DNA of 64,000 nucleotides from Escherichia coli (GTDB lineage Bacteria; Pseudomonadota; Gammaproteobacteria; Enterobacterales; Enterobacteriaceae): NCBI RefSeq assembly GCF_046105845.1, contig NZ_CP151004.1; one strand, 5' to 3'. Shown piece by piece: positions 61,163 to 64,000 of this stretch (position 1 is its first letter; each line of letters starts with the position of its first letter). The notes under the pieces were generated by a model. It saw only the letters and a program-made list of their open reading frames with translations, ran no database searches and was not told where the DNA came from. The position numbers and the translations under genes were made by a program.

Positions 61163-61720
61163 TCAGAACTGCATCAGTTCTGCTTCTTTGTCTGCCAGCG
61201 CCGCTTCAATTTTCTTGATTGCAGCATCAGTCAGTTTCTGTACATCGTCCTGAGAACGGCGATCGTCGTCTTCGCTGATCTCTTTATCTTTCAACAGTGC
61301 TTTCACTTTGTCGTTCGCGTCACGACGCACGTTACGTACTGCAACACGCGCTTGTTCTGCTTCACCACGAACGATTTTGGTCAGATCTTTACGACGTTCT
61401 TCCGTCAGCGGCGGCAGCGGAACACGGATGTCGCTACCCGCAGAGTTCGGGTTCAGGCCAAGATCGGACGCCATAATCGCTTTTTCAACGGCCGGAGACA
61501 TTGAACGATCAAACACGTTGATTTTCAGAGTACGGGAATCTTCTACCGTTACGCTTGCCAGCTGACGCAGCGGCGTCGGCGTGCCGTAATATTCCACGAC
61601 AATGCCATCCAGCAGGCTGGGAGAAGCACGACCCGTGCGTATTTTGCTGATTTGGGTTTTGAACGCTTCTACGCATTTGTCCATGCGTACTTCAGCATCT
61701 TTTCTGATATCGCTAATCAC
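61163..61720 (-). CDS. frr: ribosome recycling factor
   Basis: 185-aa ORF ([21 protein letters not shown]...). Synteny. Confidence 0.97.
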
Positions 61721-62011
61721 GTTACGAATCCTTGAAAACTTGTCTCAGTCAGACCAGACAGTCACACACAGTGGAAGTGTGCTAAGTATAGCCCTGATTA
61801 AACATATTACGGGTAATCGTCTGGATTATTAGGCTATTTTATTTGCCATTTTGGCCCCGGGCAGTGCTCGCCATCCTCACGTACTTGTGTACGCTCCGGT
61901 TGCTGCGCGCTGGCCGTGACCAAACTGCCTGCAACAATAACGCCTTATAACCAGACTTACGCCCCCGCGATACTTACGCGGAATCTTACCCTTATTTATC
62001 CATCACGGGAA

Positions 62012-62737
62012 TTATTCCGTGATTAAAGTCCCTTCTTTTTCACCCATTACCACACGGCGCAGCGCACCCGGTTTGTTCATGTTGAAAACACGAATCGGTA
62101 ATTTATGGTCACGAGCCAGCGTGAAGGCCGCCAGGTCCATGACTTTCAGCTCTTTTTCCAGCACTTCGCTGTAAGTCAGTTGCTCGTACATGGTTGCGGT
62201 TGGATCTTTCGCCGGATCAGCGGTAAACACGCCGTCAACTTTGGTTGCTTTCAGCACCACATCGGCTTCAATTTCGATACCACGCAGGCAAGCTGCTGAG
62301 TCGGTGGTAAAGAACGGGTTACCTGTACCGGCGGAGAGGATCACCACACGGTTGTTGCGCAACAGGCTGATAGCTTCTGCCCAGCTGTAGCTGTCGCACA
62401 CGCCATTCAAGGGAATAGCGGACATCAGACGAGCGTTCACATAGGCGCGGTGCAGTGCATCACGCATTGCCAGGCCGTTCATTACGGTCGCCAGCATCCC
62501 CATGTGGTCGCCCACAACGCGGTTCATACCCGCTTTCGCCAGACCAGCGCCACGGAACAGGTTACCCCCACCAATCACCACACCAACCTGAATACCCAGT
62601 TCAACCAGTTCTTTGATTTCCTGAGCCATGCGATCCAGTATGCTTGCATCAATACCGAAGCCTTCAGTGCCCTGCAGAGCTTCGCCACTCAACTTAAGCA
62701 GAATGCGTTTATAGACGGGTTTTGCATTGGTAGCCAT
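62012..62737 (-). CDS. pyrH: UMP kinase
   Basis: 241-aa ORF ([21 protein letters not shown]...). Synteny. Confidence 0.97.
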   Translation of the reverse strand: MATNAKPVYKRILLKLSGEALQGTEGFGIDASILDRMAQEIKELVELGIQVGVVIGGGNLFRGAGLAKAGMNRVVGDHMGMLATVMNGLAMRDALHRAYVNARLMSAIPLNGVCDSYSWAEAISLLRNNRVVILSAGTGNPFFTTDSAACLRGIEIEADVVLKATKVDGVFTADPAKDPTATMYEQLTYSEVLEKELKVMDLAAFTLARDHKLPIRVFNMNKPGALRRVVMGEKEGTLITE

Positions 62738-62843
62738 GTTTCTTTCCTGAGACTGTCAACGATTGAAATGAATTAATACTAGCGACATTGTACGTCGCTT
62801 TTCAGCGCAGCCCCACAAGGGTTAGCTGAATTTACAAGATGGG

Positions 62844-62872
62844 CGCAAAAAGAAGCCGCCCTCAGGCGGCTC
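62844..62872 (-). terminator. rho-independent terminator downstream of tsf
   Basis: On the minus strand: GAGCCGCC-TGAG-GGCGGCTTC hairpin followed by TTTTT. Confidence 0.7.
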
Positions 62873-62883
62873 CTTTTCGATAA

Positions 62884-63735
62884 TTAAGACTGCTTGGACA
62901 TCGCAGCAACTTCTGCTGCAAAGTCAGTCTCAACTTTCTCGATGCCTTCACCCACTTCGAAGCGGATGAAGCCAGTCACTTCAGCGTTATGCTCTTTCAG
63001 CAGCTGACCAACAGTTTTGCTTGGTTCCATAACGAACGGCTGACCGGTCAGAGAAACTTCGCCGGTGAATTTCTTCATGCGGCCTTCAACCATTTTCTCT
63101 GCGATTTCTTTCGGCTTACCAGACTGCATCGCGATATCCAGCTGTACCTGGTATTCTTTTTCTACCACTTCAGCGGATACGTCTTCCGGTTTGATGAATT
63201 CTGGCTTGCTTGCAGCAACGTGCATAGCGATGTGTTTAACCAGCTCTTCGTCAGCGCCTTTAGCAGCAACCAGAACGCCGATACGCGCACCGTGCTGATA
63301 AGAACCCAGAACGTCGCCTTCCAGCGCAGCAACGCGGCGAATGTTGATGTTTTCACCAATTTTCGCTACCAGCGCAACACGTTCTTCTTCGAACTGTGCT
63401 TTCAGAACTTCAACGTCAGTGATTTTGCCAGCAACAGCTGCGTCCAGAACTTTGTCTGCGAACGCCTGGAAACCAGCGTCTTTTGCAACGAAGTCAGTCT
63501 GGCAGTTAACTTCCAGAATGATGCCGTAGTTGCCGTCGATTTTGGTTTTGATCACGCCGTCAGCAGCAACGTTGCCTGCTTTTTTCGCTGCTTTAATAGC
63601 ACCGGACTTACGCATGTTTTCGATTGCCAGCTCGATGTCGCCGTTAGCTTCAGTCAGTGCTTTTTTGCAATCCATCATGCCTGCGCCAGTACGCTCACGC
63701 AGCTCTTTTACCAGGGATGCGGTAATTTCAGCCAT
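62884..63735 (-). CDS. tsf: elongation factor Ts
   Basis: 283-aa ORF ([27 protein letters not shown]...). Synteny. Confidence 0.97.
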
Positions 63736-63992
63736 TCTAAAATCCTCGGAGATGTGATCTGCCCGGCGTTAAACCGCACAGATATAAAAGTGAAAAAGGG
63801 GGCCATATGCAGGCCCCCTAACCAAACGTGTACTACCTGGTCTATAAGGGCTCTCCCCCTTCATATTTCGCGCCGCAGATGCGTTGTCTTCGCTCGCTCA
63901 TCCCGGTCACTTACTGATGTAAGCTCCCGGGAATTCTCGAGCTTGCCGCCTTTCTGCAACTCGAACTATTTTGGGGGAGTTATCAAGCCTTA

Positions 63993-64000
63993 TTACTCAG
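63993..64000 (-). CDS. rpsB: 30S ribosomal protein S2, last two codons plus stop only (gene continues beyond window end)
   Basis: Minus strand reads ...Ala-Glu-TAA at the window edge. The 257-bp gap to tsf matches the rpsB-tsf spacing I recall for K-12. Supported by synteny only. Confidence 0.45.

Overview
This window reads as an Escherichia coli chromosomal segment, in reverse orientation relative to the K-12 map. Coordinates 1-17398 are an accessory island lying 3' of tRNA-Asp (aspV). It carries a type VI secretion system (T6SS) structural operon on the minus strand (tssB-tssC-tssK-tssL-tagL-hcp-clpV-vgrG), followed by a low-GC cassette: a candidate VgrG-linked effector and the start of a candidate immunity gene that runs off the window. 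The most novel-looking element is that effector/immunity cassette together with the AT-rich 3' end of vgrG. Between the T6SS operon and aspV sits a small module: a frameshifted P4-type integrase, a Ner/Nlp-like regulator, a ParB-like protein, an AlpA-family regulator and an unknown protein transcribed divergently from tssB. The remaining T6SS core genes (tssA, E, F, G, J, M) are not in the window. From 17399 onward the content is ordinary conserved core in K-12 synteny: aspV, dnaQ, rnhA, yafS, gloB, mltD, yafE, yafD, yafC, dkgB, the rrnH operon (16S, tRNA-Ile, tRNA-Ala, 23S, 5S, tRNA-Asp aspU), gmhB, metNIQ, rcsF, tsaA, proS, yaeF, nlpE, arfB, yaeQ, yaeP, rof, tilS, yaeR, ldcC, accA, dnaE, rnhB, lpxB, lpxA, fabZ, lpxD, skp, bamA, rseP, cdsA, uppS, dxr, frr, pyrH, tsf and the last two codons of rpsB. 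All product calls rest on my recognition of the translated ORFs and RNA sequences plus synteny; no database search or computation was run, and compositional statements are by eye.
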